A DNA stretch of 64,000 bases, taken from assembly GCF_009914755.1 (NCBI RefSeq), contig NC_060947.1, one strand, 5' to 3'. Of this stretch, positions 44,761 to 57,853 are shown piece by piece; positions within the stretch are counted from its first letter, which is position 1; the number at the start of each line of letters is the position of its first letter. This stretch comes from the human T2T-CHM13v2.0 reference genome, Homo sapiens. Made by a program: the position numbers and the translations under genes. The notes beneath the pieces are model-generated. The model was not told the origin of the DNA. It saw only the letters and a list, made by a program, of their open reading frames with translations, and ran no database searches.

Positions 44761-44859
44761 AGAATAGAATGCGATCATTCCACGGGTTCATTAGTCTCAG
44801 TTATGCAAGTTGTTTCTTCACAGAGTATGAGCCAAATTCCTATATTACAGTGGTTTCTA

Positions 44860-45127
44860 TACTTTTATGTCATTTGTCTTTTTGAGAAATGCCAACTCAG
44901 GTGTCAAATCTTCCCTGGATCTGCTCAGTCAGAATTCAGCTAACCCTTTGTTACGTTTCCAAAACATTTTGCCTGTGTTTCTGTTGTACTACCTACATTA
45001 GCCTTCAATTGATAGTCATTTGAGTTTCCTTCACTAGACTTTCAACATCTTGTCATCTTCCTTTTTTTCAATCCCCCATGGAAACAATAGTGCATTGTAA
45101 TGGAGTAAGTGTTTGCCAAATGAATGT
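44860..45127 (+). mobile_element. L2 relic
   Basis: caactcaggtgtcaaatcttccctgg...ccttcactagact...gtgtttgccaaatgaatg. Confidence 0.5.
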
Positions 45128-46470
45128 TCACATGTGCATGTGGACAAATGAAAAAATAAACTAGATATAAACTAATGAAAATAATAAATGCCTCTGTAAA
45201 AGCTTTGTTTCTCTATTTTTCGGTAATTCTTGTTGGAATTACCTAAGTCCTTAGGTTATTATGTTTCTAGTCAATGAGATGCTTCTTTTAATTAATTAGT
45301 AACTCAAAAGTATCTTACTTTTTATGTCTTTGGTATAGGTAAATATTTTAACAAGTCTCTTTCATATTTTTATTTTGGAAAAAAAGTAGGGAGGGTTGAT
45401 TATTTTCAGGATCATGTTTTAAAATAATTACTCTAGCCTTGCTCCTGCTTAAAGGCATTTCTTCTGAAAAAGATTTCAATCAATTGTCTATGTACACTAT
45501 CTTGTCTATAAATACTATAAATGGAACTAAAGTGGTCTATTTAAACTAATTATAACCTGTAAAGCAAGAATGAAAGGTTATTACTTTAAGTTAATTCAGA
45601 GACTGAAAATTTCACAATTAACAATTGACATTTTCTAATTGCTGAGTTTGATATGTGCGTTAAGTCACTATATTCCCTTTATAACAACCTTAATTCTATC
45701 TCAAGGAGACTATATGTAGAATGGGTTAAGTCTGTCTTATTTAGTCTGTTTTAACCTCCTACCTTGATCGTCAGTCAGTCAAGGGGGGGAGGGGCTTTAT
45801 CAGGTAATTATGTGATGTAAATAAGGTTTTATTGGCCATTAAAATGAGACCACCAACTCCTTTTACTTAGTCTCTGAATAACAAACAGCATGTAATAATT
45901 TGCTAGGGATATGACGCTGGGCATCATTGAACACAAATATACTCAACAGATGATGTGCCATATGGTTTTGCCTTCTTCTACAATGAATAATTTACACATG
46001 ACTCATCAAAAGTCATAGTAGAAGTTCATAATCACCCAATACTCACTAAGTAAGTAATATGCAACGTTATTAGGTTGCTTTTCAGCAGCCATCTTCAAAA
46101 ACAATAGGAAGACACATGCTCATTATTTTTCATGTGTTATATTAGCTATATCATGTTCAGGCCACATAACTGTGTTTTTTTTAAAGAATATGTCCACTTC
46201 TAATAAATTATGTGTAAATGTTGGTTGTTACAGTTTAATTAGGCAGAGCTCTATTACTGCTCTGCCTAACAAAGTCTTAAGTACCATTTACAAATATTCA
46301 TTAAAAGTTGAAATAAAATCTCCTTTTGAATGAACGGCCATTGAAAGGGCTGGAGCAGTAATGGAAATAAAGCAAAAACACCACTTGGCATTCTGCATTA
46401 ATTGAAAATCAAGTGATAAAAGCAATCATATATCTATTAGAGTGCACTTAAAAATTGTTTCAAAATGAAA

Positions 46471-46622
46471 GCATGAATGTGGTGGCATGGGCCTGTAGTC
46501 CCAGTTATGTTGGAGGCTGAGGCAAAGGGATTGCTTGAGCCCAGAAGTTCAAGAGTGCAGTGAGCTGTGATCGCACTACTGCACTCTAGCCTGGGTGACA
46601 GAGAGAGACCCTGTCTCCAAAT
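46471..46622 (+). mobile_element. Monomeric Alu (FRAM/AluJ right arm)
   Basis: gtggtggcatgggcctgtagtcccag...gattgcttgagcccagaagttcaag...gagaccctgtctc. Confidence 0.85.
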
Positions 46623-47883
46623 ATATATATACACACATATAATTGACTTGATATAATTTCTAAAACTCATGAGAAAAACAATAGCCCATTTATGTACACA
46701 TATTTATAATCTTTCAGTTGTTCTTCTTCCTTCCTGATGCTCCAAGGTTATTTCTTTTATCTCTTTAATTGTTTGACAAACTTCCTTTAGCCTTTAAGAG
46801 TAGGTATGCTAGAGACAAATTCTTTCAGTTTCCTTTAATCTGATAAAGTTTCTAATTTCCCCTTCATTTCTGAAGAATAGTTTTGCTAGATATAGAATCT
46901 GATGTTAACAATTTCTTTCTTTGATCACTTCCAAATTGTTGTGACACTATTTTTTCTCCTAGAAAATCTGTTTTATGCATCATTCTCTCCGTATATGTTT
47001 TAATAAGTGGTGATGCTCCCATTAACGGAATTCATTATTAACCTAATTTTCTAATGGAGGAAGAGGAAAAATAATTATTGCTTTCTGTGGAACAAATATT
47101 CCTCTATCAACTTATGACCAAATAATAGCAATATAAGAAATCCAGAAACAGTAAAGATTTGGGGTTTATATTTCATGGATGGTGATGCTGTTCCAACCTT
47201 GTAAAGTAAAACTGTCTGCTTTCCAAATTCCAAAAATTAAAATACTATCCTTCTCATCATACTAACCACTGTCTTTTGTTTTTTGTTTGTTAGAAAAAGG
47301 AATGATTAAAGAGTTATCAATTATGGATATACCATTTTGATTTTGGAGATTTTCACACACAGAAATTATATCAATTGGCCAGACACTTATTTTATAGAAG
47401 AGTTTAAATGCTACACATTAGCCAAATCAACTTATTCCACCCACCCTGTTGGAGTGGGTAAAACCCATACCCATAAAACAACTTCACTTCACAGAATGTG
47501 TCTATCAACGATAAGTAGCTTAAATAGCTCTCACCAATAAAGTGTCTGGTTTGGCTTTTAAAATGGGAAAGTCATACATTTGAAAAGTAACCTAATGAAC
47601 CATGCAAGAAGCAAGAGCTATTAAACCAATATGCTTTGAATTGGTTCAAGTACTGATATTTCTGAGCATATTTAGTATATACACATGTATATATCTGGAT
47701 ATCATGACAAAAGAAAAAAAATTTTTCCACAAAAAGAAAAATATTAAACAAATCAAAGTTCAACATGTGCCAGTTGACCATGTGTGAAAATGCAAAGCAG
47801 GTATTAAAACTGATATGTTCAATATTTAAAACCAGTTTGTAATTGAGAGAACATTTAAATCCTTGATTAAAAAACACGAATGA

Positions 47884-49878
47884 TAAACATTAGTGGCATT
47901 TCTATAGGCCAACAGTGAACAATCTGAAAAAGAAATAAAAAAGTAATCCCATTTACAAGTGCCATGAATACAAGTAAATACCTAGGAATTAACCAAAGAA
48001 GTAAAACCTCTCTACAATGAAAGCTATAAAACACTGATGAAAGAAATTGAAGAGGACACCAAAAGATGACAAGATATTTCATGTTCATGGATTGGAATAA
48101 TCAATATTGTTAAAATGTCCATACTAACCAAACCAATCTACAGATTCAATGCAATCCCTATCAGAATACCAATGACATTCCTCAAAAAATAGAAACAAAA
48201 TTCTAAAATTTATATGGCACCACAAAAGACTCAGAATAGCCAAAGCTTTCCTGAGCAAAAATAACAAAGCTTGAGGAATCACATCACCACACTTCAAAGT
48301 ATGCTACAGAGCTATGTTTACAAAAACAGCATGGCACTGGCATAAAAACAGACATGTAGACCAAGGGAACAGAATAGAGAACCTAGAGACAAATCCACAT
48401 ACTACAGTGAACTCATTTTTCACAAAGGTGCCAAGAACATACACCTAGGAAAAGACAGTCTCTTCAATAAATGGTGCTGGTAAAACTGGATATCTATATG
48501 CAGAAGAATGAAACTAGACCCTTATCTCTTGACAAACAGAAAAAACACAGAAAAATGAATGAAAGATAAATCTATGACCTCAATCTATGAAACTACTACA
48601 AGAAAATGTTGGGGAAACTCTCCAGGACTTGATCTGGGCAAAGTTTCTTGAGTAATATCCCACAAACACAGGCAACCAAAGCACAAATGACAAATGGGAT
48701 CACATCAAGTTAAAAAACTTCTACACAGAAACAAAAACGAAAACAACAACAAGAAAAAACCCACCAACAATGTGAAGAGACAACCCACAGAATGGGAGAA
48801 AATATTTGCAAACTACCCATCTAACAAGGGATTAATAACCAGAATATATAAGGAGCTTAAAAAACTCTATAGAAAAAGAGTCTAATAATTAAATTGAAAA
48901 ATGGGCAAAAGATCTGAATAGAAATGTCTAAAAAGAAGACATACATATGGCAAAAGGTGCTCAACATCATTGATCTTCAGAGAAATGCAAATGAAAACTA
49001 CAATGAGATATCACCTCACCCCAGTTAAAATGTCTTATATCCAAAAGACAGGCAATAAAAAATGCTGGTAGGATATGGAGAAAAGGAAACCCTTGTACAC
49101 TCTTGCTGGAATGTGAATCAGTAAAACCACAGTGGAGAACAGTTTGGAGGTTACTCAAAAAACTAAATGTGGAGCTATCATATGATCCAGCAATCCCACT
49201 GCTGGGTATATACCCAAAAGAAAGTAAATCAGTATATCAAAGATATCTGCACTCCTATATTTGCTGCAACACTGTTTACAATAGCTAAGATTTGGAAGCA
49301 ACATATGTGTCCATCAATTGATGAATGGATAAAGTAATAGTGGTACATATACACAATGGAGTACCATTCAGCCATAACAAAGAATGAGATCTTGTCATTT
49401 GCAACAACATCTATGGAACTGGAGATCATTATGTTAAGTGAAATAAGCCAGGCACAGAAAGACAAACATCACAAATTCTCATTTATTTGTGGGATATAAA
49501 AATCAAAACAATTGAAATCATGGAGACAGACAGTAAAAAGATGATTACCAGGGACTGGGAAGGGTAGTAGGGATTGGTGGTGGAGGGAAGTGGCGATGGT
49601 TAATGGGTACAAAAAATAGAAAGAATGAATAATGCCTAGTATTAGATAGAACAACAGAGTGTCCATAGTAAAAATAATCTAATTATACATTTTAAAAATA
49701 ACTAAAAGAGTATAATTGGTTTGTTTGTAATACAAAGGATAAATGTTTGAGGTGACGGATATCCCATATACTTTGATGTGAATATTTCATGTTGCATGCC
49801 TGTATCAAAATATCTCATGTATCCCATAAATATGCACACCTACTATGTATCCACAAAAAATTTAAAATAAAAAAAATA
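47884..49878 (+). mobile_element. 5'-truncated L1MA1-3-like element inserted in the SERBP1 pseudogene 3'UTR
   Basis: ORF2 C-terminal remnants ([17 protein letters not shown]); L1MA 3'UTR ...atctcatgtatcccataaatatgcacacctactatgtatccacaaaaa; aatga duplicated at 47879-47883 and 49879-49883. Confidence 0.87.
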
Positions 49879-50078
49879 AATGAAGTGAAAGCTTTAAACT
49901 AGTATACACATTTCACACCTATATTTCAAGCTTGGAAATGCAAATTTGCAAGCAGCAATACAAAAGTATTCATGAAGAATGCATAATTCCTGATATTTAT
50001 AAAAACATAGCTACCAATACATTTTTAAATACAAAACTGACTACCATATTTGTTAATTTTATGTAGTGAGAGAAGTTC

Positions 50079-50371
50079 TTTTTTTTTTTTTTGAAACGGA
50101 GTCTCGCTCTGTCGCCCAGGCTGGAGCGTAGTGGCGCTATCTTGGCTCACTGCAACAGCCGCCTTCAGAGTTCACGCCATTCTCCTGCCTCAGCCTGCCG
50201 AGTAGCTGGGACTACAGGCGCCCGCCACCACGCCCGGCTAATTTTTTGTATTTTTAGTACAGACGGGATTTCACCGTGTTAACCAAGATGGCCTCAATCT
50301 CCTAACCTCGTGATCCGCCCGCCTTGGTCTCCCAAAGTGCCGGGATCACAGGCATGAGCCACCGCGCTGCC
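50079..50371 (-). mobile_element. AluY inserted in the SERBP1 pseudogene 3'UTR
   Basis: ttcacgccattctcc and caccgtgttaacc diagnostics; TSD gagaagttc at 50070-50078 and 50372-50380. Confidence 0.92.
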
Positions 50372-53300
50372 GAGAAGTTCATTATTAAAACAGATACAAT
50401 TCAGTCTTTAAGTGTGAATTGTGTGAATGACAGCCTGTTTAAAACATGATTTCTTCATTGTTTCGAATCCTTAAGCATGCAAAGGCATTGAACAGGAAAT
50501 TCCACAAAGGAACCATGGTTGTTCTATTGCATTCAGTTAAGCCAGAGCTGGAAATGCCTCTGGGTCATCCATATCAGGAACAGAAGCACCTGACTTGTCA
50601 GTCGTGCTGCTGAGGTTCTGAGGTCCACCACATATTCACCTTGTCTTCCCCTCCCACCAAGTCCTCGAGGGCCAGGGTCTCCAAAATTGATCTCCCGCTG
50701 AGACATTATATCATTTGCTGGCTTTCAAAAATGATGGTCCTTAATGACAAGTTCAGCATGAGTCTCTTCACTCTTTGATTTATGAAGCGCACATCTCTTC
50801 TTCCAGTGCCCATCAATCAGTACCTTTGTTTTGTTTTTGGATATTAAATTCTACTTTTGGCCAGTCCTTACTTTGAATAGCATTCCACTTATCCAAAGTC
50901 ATCTCTTTTGGACCCTCTTTTTTACCTCTTAAACTTCCTTCTCCTTATTTTCAGTGTCTGCCACTGGAAGTTCTTCACCTTCAGGTGTTTCCTAGGTCAT
51001 ATTTGATGAATCCAAGTCAGTTAACTTATCATTTACAGTTCCCCAGTTGTAAAATCCACTACCTCCATGTTTGTCCTTGTGCTTCAGGCTAGATATATGC
51101 CTTCCAGCATGCCTACCAGCATGCCTATCAAATTCACATTTACCATAAAAATCAAATCCATACCCTTGGCCCATTTCACTTTGACAGCCCTCTCTACTTC
51201 TTCCAAGGCCACCACAGCCTCGAATGGGTTGGTAAATGATAGGTCTATCAAATAAAATTTTCCTCTTTCACCCTTTTCAAGTGGTTTTTCAAATCTTCCT
51301 TCATGAGGTGGTTGCCTTTCCCCGTCTTATCTCAATTATTTTCCCTTCACCTTGCAGTTGTTGATTGGGTCTTCTTCCAATTCACCTTATTCCTTCTTTC
51401 TTAACCTCCATGGGCACTATATGTCCTCTTGCCAACCATGCCAACTTTTGGGGCAAGTGGGTTCTTGCTGTCTTTCTGAGACTCTTTATACAACTGTTTG
51501 TCCGTGGCATTGGAGTTGGTCTGGGCCATGGCCTGAGATGAGCTTTTGGCCCCAGCACCCCCAGTGACACCCCCACTGGCTTATTTTCTCTAGTTCTCAG
51601 CTGCCTTCAGCACCTTGAATGGGTCCAATTCGTCTTCAAAGAACTGGTTAAATGGGTTGATGACCATGCAGATGAAGCATTCCTGTAAATGGCCAGGCAC
51701 AATGGTGGGTCAGAGGCATGTTCCTCAATGGATTGTAGCTGGCTGTGCAGAAGCAAGATCACCTTCTTCAGTTCTTCCCACAAGATATTATGACACTTTA
51801 GATTTTGGCTTCATAATTTATGGTGAGAAATCCACTATCATTAGGATATTGGTATTCTCCTAACAGCAATGCATCATTTTTCTCTAGCTGCTTTCCGTAT
51901 TTAATATTGTCTTTAGTTTTCAGAAATTTAATTATGATATGTGAATTTCTTTGAGTTTATCTAATTAAAGTACATTCATATTATTGAATCTCCGAATTAC
52001 TGTTTTGCACCAAGTTTGGGATGTTTTAAACTATTATTTCCCTATATAGTCTTTCAACCCTTCTCTCTTGTTGGGCTACAAAGATGCAAATCATTATATA
52101 TTTTGGCTCTCTAAAAAAAAAAAAATCTGTTTCCTCTCTTGTTCAGAATGGGTGAATGCTGTTGATCTATCCTAAAGTTCAGTGACTTCTTTCTCTTACA
52201 GTTCATTCAAGCTTTTTTTTCTGTTAATGTATTTTTCTAAAATTTCCATTTTTTATAACTTATTTCATTTCAAAATGTTCTATTTTCCATTTGTTTCAGG
52301 AGACTTTGTAATGCACTGCTGAAATATTTTTATGATGTGTGCTTTGAAATCCTTGTTAGATAATTCGACAATTAACGACATCTGATTTGTCTCAATGTTG
52401 GCATCAGTTGATTGTTTCCTCTCATTTAAGTTGTGATTTTCTTTATTCTTAGTGTGACCAGTGATTTTCAACTGTATCCTGAATATTTCTTCTATTATGC
52501 CAGCAGACTCTGGGTCTATTTATATCTTTAATTTCATCAGATCTTCATTCTGTTTATAGTCAGCATGCAGATTCTGGTCTACTTTTCTGGACTGTGGTTT
52601 CTATGACAGTATATTTTCAGAGGCTTTGTTGTGTTATTTTGTTTTTTTCAGTTTATGTGATACTTATCTCCTACTTGTCCATGACAGCAATGGCTATAGT
52701 TGCAGAAGGGATTTTCCTTGGCCAGTGTCTTTCCATGGGAAAAGGGAGTCCCAGGTCCCCTGAGATGAAGAGGTTTCCTTAACAATGTTACTGGTTCCTA
52801 AGAATTCCTACCAAGGCCTTCCAGTTGCCCCTGTGTCTCTGGGTGGAAGAGGGTATTTTCAGGCCCATTGAGAAAAAGAGACTTTCTGAGAATGACCGTC
52901 CACTGTGGCTGGGCTCTTCCTGCCCATCGTACCTGCCTGACACTTTGTATCCCAGCAGGGGAAGAGACTGTGAGGCCTGTGGGGGAGAGGAGGGTTCTCT
53001 GGCTTGGTATTTGTTTTGGCAGGATCTGCCTTACCTGAGGGGGATTGAGAGAGCTTTTTGGGCCAGGACCCTTGTTGAGGTGGGACCTCCTTACCTGGGT
53101 CTCACGATTTCCCTTGTATCTCTGAGAAGGGTATGGAACTCTCAGACCCTGAAAAGAGAGACTTTCTGGGCCACACCATTCGTTTTTGCAAGATCCTTCT
53201 TGCCTCTCTCCCCTCGGTATCTCTCAGTGGGGGAAGGAAATTCTCAGTCCTGCAAGAAAGGAAAGCACTTTTTTTGGCTGCTTATTGTTCTTAGGGTTCC

Positions 53301-53744
53301 TAATCAATCCTCCTTGTTGATGATGTCAGACTTCCTTAGTGTGTTGTTAAATGAAAGAATGGGCCTATCTGGACTGCCTTCTATGACTGGATTTGGCTTT
53401 TGAAAATGCTAGGTCTGAGTCACATTTTGTTCTGTGGGAGGAGGTGTGATGCTCTGCTGCTATGGTGTGTCACCAGTCCCAGGTTCTCAAACCAATACAC
53501 CTACTTTATCACCTTTTCAGAGTTGTTTGATTGCTTCTTGTATCATGCCCAGGGTTTTTTATTGTACTTAGTGGAGAGAAGAAAGATAAAATATATCCGT
53601 TCCATCTTGTCCAGACTGGAAATTGATATGTATTTTGATTTGCATTTTCTTTATTACTGGTGAGATCCTACTTATATCCTTCTTTCTTTTCCTCATTTCT
53701 ACCTCTTTCTTTGTGAATTCTTTGCCCACTACATATTAGGTATT

Positions 53745-53962
53745 ATGCCTGTGCACTTGTTTTTCTGTCATACACCTTTATCACATTTTGTAATTGATAG
53801 ACTATTTCTTTGAATTTTCCATTGAGACTCTGGCTTGAAGAAATCACCTTTATTTTCCTTTTCAGGTTAATGCCAGCTCCTGGACTAGTTGTTGGCTATT
53901 TTATATACTCACTAAAAGAAGCAGGAGAGAGGTAGTCACTAAATATTTTGTCAATGAATAAA
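53745..53962 (+). mobile_element. L2 relic
   Basis: cacctttatcacattttgtaattg...gtagtcactaaatattttgtcaatgaataaa. Confidence 0.5.
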
Positions 53963-54066
53963 AGAAGGAATTGTAATTTAGGTAATTTTAAAAAACTGAT
54001 ATTTGCTCTTCCTTTAACAACTACAATGTGAAAACATTACATAACTGATTTGGCATGCTGTAATAG

Positions 54067-54561
54067 TGACAGGTGAAGCCAGCTGCACTTCCTGGGTAGA
54101 GTGGGGACTTGGAGAACTTTTCTGTCTTACAAAAGGATTGTAAAACGCAACAATCAGTGCTCTGTGTCTGGCTAGAGGGTTGTAAATGCACCAATTAGCA
54201 CTCTGTAAAAACGCGCCGATCAGCACTCTGTGTCTAGCTAAAGGATTGTAAATGCATCAATCAGCACTCTGTAAAATGGGCCAATCAGCACTCTGTAAAA
54301 TGGACCAATCAGCAGGATGTGGACGGGGACAAATAAAGGAATAAAAGCAGGCCTCTCCAGCCAGCAGTGACAACCCACTCAGGTCCCTTTCCATGCTGTG
54401 AAAGCTTTGTTCTTTCGCTCTTCACAATAAATCTTGCTGCTGCTCACTCTTTGGGTCCCTGCCACCTTTAAGAGCTGTAACACTCACCGCGAAGGTCCAC
54501 GGTTTCATTCTTGAAGTTGGCGAGACTGAGAACCCACTGAAAGGAACCAACTCCGGACACA
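54067..54561 (+). mobile_element. LTR12F-like (ERV9) solo LTR
   Basis: tgacaggtgaagccagctg start, tandem ccaatcagcactctg units, AATAAA, ...aactccggacaca end; 4-bp TSD atag at 54063-54066 and 54562-54565. Confidence 0.9.
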
Positions 54562-54617
54562 ATAGGGTGGTAAGAATTACTTTACCACAAATTATGGCAA
54601 TAAGCTGTAAAGCAGAG

Positions 54618-55096
54618 TGTATAGGAGAAACCAATTATTTTTTCTGTATACTCTGACATCATCAGATGTGTGGTTTCTTTCTCTCACCAATAAATTATTT
54701 AATTCTTTGTAGACACCAGCTAAGTGTCCTACAATTTAACTAAATCTGACACTATCTATCTGGAGTTAGCATCAGGTTAAGGGTTGAGTTCCACAAGATT
54801 GCCCTCACTTTAGATGCCAATCACAAATCCAAGTGCCATCTGTGCTTATGACCAACCAGCTAGAAAACAGACATTTCCATGATTATCATCGGGTTTCATC
54901 ATTTGTTAGAATGGCTCACAGAACCCAAGAAAAGAATTAACTTAATAGATTACTTGTTTATTATAAAAAGATGCAGCTCAGAAACAGTCAGATGAAACAG
55001 AAACATAGGGCAAGGTATGGAGGAAGGGGCACAGAGCTTCTGTGCCCTACCCAGGCATGCTACCCTCCCAATACCTCCACGTGTTCACCAACCTGT
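54618..55096 (-). mobile_element. MER21/MER77-like ERVL LTR fragment
   Basis: gacaccagctaagtgtcctacaatt...ctgacactatctatctggagttagcatcag...ttagaatggctcacagaac...catagggcaaggtatgg; strand inferred from recalled consensus. Confidence 0.65.
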
Positions 55097-56199
55097 TAAA
55101 GCCATTAACATAGTAATACAACTTATTCACATTATAAGCCAAGTTATTTAAGAGTTAAAATGCATCAACCATTACTGTGTCTATTAAACTGTTTCTTAGA
55201 GTCTGGTGAAATTATAATTTGGTGATAATGCCAAGTCACTAAAGACATTCAGCTTTCCTCTTATTTTGTTAAATATGACTGAAATGCATAAATATTCTCC
55301 TTCTCTCATTTATATATTATAGTTCCTATAGAAAAAATAATATTTCCTTTTGATAGCCTATGAAGAACTTGCTGAATAGTATTTTGTTATTGTGTAAGCT
55401 AATAGTGGCAGGGATGTTTTTCCAGATATTTCTACTGAAATAACTTTGTTTTTGTCAGACTAATCTTTTGATCCGAATTTCATTGTTTAAATATAAAATA
55501 TAACCATGATAATATTTAAGCATGATGAAGGTAGAGAAGATGATGATGAAGGTGATAATGTTTACTAAGTTTATTTCTTGAACATTCCGGACATTATATA
55601 CAATATGTAAATACATGTTTATCATGTTTAAGAAGGATATTTACATAAATTATCCTAAAGATATTCATTATCCATTTTAGCAAGCCTGAAATTAAGTTGA
55701 CTACTGACTTTTAAATTCTGTACTAATGTTAATTTAGACAAAAATGTTTGAATACATAAGCACTTATAAAATTTCCAGAAGCTCATATATTTCAGATTCC
55801 ATATTTCACAAATTAACAACATAATACCTGCTATGTAAAAACCAGTAGATTTTCTTCTTCACATATAAGAAGAATAAGAAATATTTTAATATGGTTGCTA
55901 TCAACATTTTATTCCATTTTTTTTTTTTAGGAAAGCAGCTAAAATCACAGTGAAGAGTAGGCCTTTTACAAAAAATGATGAAAATCCTTAAAAGAGCAAA
56001 ACAGTAAAGACATGTTGGGGGAACTATGTCAAATATTAAATTTTATAAATTTATAATGTCTACATCATGTATTTTCATAATAAATATTCCAAAAGTTTTA
56101 CTACTAAAATATTTGCCAGGTAAAGGGTAAACACATTTAAATGGATTGTTATTTTATCAAGGTACACATATGAAAAATCTAAGAAGAAATTCTGGCTCA

Positions 56200-56542
56200 G
56201 ACTATGGACTGAATGTTCATGTTCCCCAAAAATTTTATGTTGAAATTTTAACCCCTCATGTGATGATATCAGAAGGAGAGACCTTTGGTAGGTGATCAGA
56301 TCAGGAAGTTGGGGCCATTGTAAAAAGACAGGAGTCAACTTCCTTTCTCTCTTTGTTCCCCACCATGTGAGGATATGACAATATGGCAATCTGCAAACCA
56401 GAAAGAGTGCCCTCTCCAGACACCAGATCTGCAAGTGCTTTGATGTTGTACTTTCCAGCCTCCAGAAATGCATGAAAAAATATTCTGTTATTTAAGTCAC
56501 CCAATCTATGGTATTCTGTTAAGAGTGGGCTGAAGTAAGACA
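56200..56542 (+). mobile_element. MLT1A-like MaLR solo LTR
   Basis: ctatggactgaatgtt...ccaccatgtgagga...ttccagcctccagaa...tatggtattctgtta...taagaca; near-TSD gctca/gctct. Confidence 0.8.
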
Positions 56543-57277
56543 GCTCTCGTCTGTAAAATTATTCAGCGAGCAAACTGAATAATTAAAGAAGTAACAGTAA
56601 TAATAATGACTTGTAGATTTTTTGAAAATAACTGTTTGAAAGTTTATGTAATAAGAAATAATAGTTTAATGTGAACAAATTTAATGTGACTAAATCAATA
56701 CATGTTCAATAATAAATATAATCCCATGAAGTCTCTGGGATGTTGTTACTATAAATCAAGTTATTTGGGCTAAATATCTTTAAATGTTTTCTGATATTTC
56801 CTTTTCCCTTGCTCCATTTCAGCCCAAAAGTCATGATTGTTTTATATTTCTAAGAGAATTTATAGAAATATTATCCAGTCATCAAGCCCTCCTGACTCTT
56901 TTTTAAGGTATCCCATTTCCCTTCCTTGTTATTACAGTAGCATTATTTTAAGTCAGACATCTCATCATTACATTTTCTTCCCAGCTTCCCAGCTATTCTT
57001 CCTGTGTCCTAACTTCTTTCCACTCTATCTCCTATAATTCATCCTGTAAAACACCAGTATGTAATAAAAGTTTATTATGCCACAACCACTAAAATCCTTC
57101 CTTTGCTTCTTGTTGCTTATTAGAAAATATGTAAACTCTCTACTCTCATATTCTACATCTTCCTTTTTGTATCCCAACTTACCCTCTACTATAATCTTTC
57201 CCCTCCTTTCATTGCTCAAATATTTTCATAATTCCTTGTCTACAACTGAGAACTGAGCTGAAAAAAAAGACAAAAGG

Positions 57278-57510
57278 GTGATAAAGAAGGAACACAGGTT
57301 TTGAAGTTAGGAAGACTTGGATACTTCTACTTACTACCTACTTAGATTTGGGGTAAATTACCGCATCTTTCAGAGTCTCACCTTTCTCATCTATAAAATT
57401 GAGATGATACTTACCTTTCCACGAAGGTGTGAAAGTTATATGAAATAATACAAGTAAATGTGCCTAGTACAGTGCTTGACATATAATAACCACCTAATTA
57501 ATGTCAGAGG
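57278..57510 (+). mobile_element. MIR (MIRb-like)
   Basis: gagtctcacctttctcatctataaaattgagatgatac...aaatgtgcctagtacagtgcttgacatataataa. Confidence 0.75.
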
Positions 57511-57559
57511 CTGCTGGTGTTATTGTTATCAGCATTAGTATTAATAAAAGTGGCTTTAA

Positions 57560-57853
57560 GTCTGGGGGTGTGGCTCACACCTGTAATCCCAGCACCTAGG
57601 GAGGCTGAAGTGAGAGGATCACCAGAGTCCAGGAGTTCAAGACCAGCCCGGGCAACATAGTCAGGCCCCGTCTCTACAAAAATAAAAAAAATATATATAT
57701 TAACTGGGCATGGTGGTGCATGCCTGTTGTCCCAGCTACTTGGGAGGCTGAGAAGGGAGGATTGCTTGGGCTGATGAAGTAAAGGTTGCAGTGAGCTATG
57801 ATTGTGTCACTGCATTCCAGCCTGGGTGACAGGGCGAGACCCTGTCTCAAAAC
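57560..57853 (+). mobile_element. AluJ
   Basis: ggattgcttgggc, gtgagctatgattgtg J diagnostics; TSD aaag(t/a)ggctttaa. Confidence 0.88.

Larger units (their letters stand above)
46950..51786 (-). pseudogene. SERBP1: SERBP1 (PAI-RBP1) processed pseudogene with 5'UTR, disrupted CDS (51700-50537) and long 3'UTR
   Basis: Minus-strand translation gives VPGHLQECF...[61 protein letters not shown] and [10 protein letters not shown]; intronless; start ATG>GTG; stops and frameshifts; ATTAAA at ~46999-47004 then a short A tail; decayed TSD. Confidence 0.93.
46650..53622 (-). mobile_element. Old L1M (L1MC/MD-like) 5' portion; host of the SERBP1 retrocopy (host parts 46650-46948 and 51798-53622)
   Basis: ccttcatttctgaagaatagttttgctagatatagaat...tgttgtgacact continues at 51798 into ...gagaaatccactatcatt; ORF1-like minus ORF 52280..52471; 5' end tccatcttgtccagactggaa. 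Confidence 0.7.

Noticed and set aside
52825-53663. 192-aa and 87-aa plus-strand ORFs
   Set aside because: Non-ATG starts, antisense to an old L1M 5'UTR, no recognisable domain
54130-54315. Short repeats with variable spacers resembling a CRISPR array
   Set aside because: These are the CCAAT-containing U3 tandem units of LTR12; spacers are not unique, no cas genes, primate DNA
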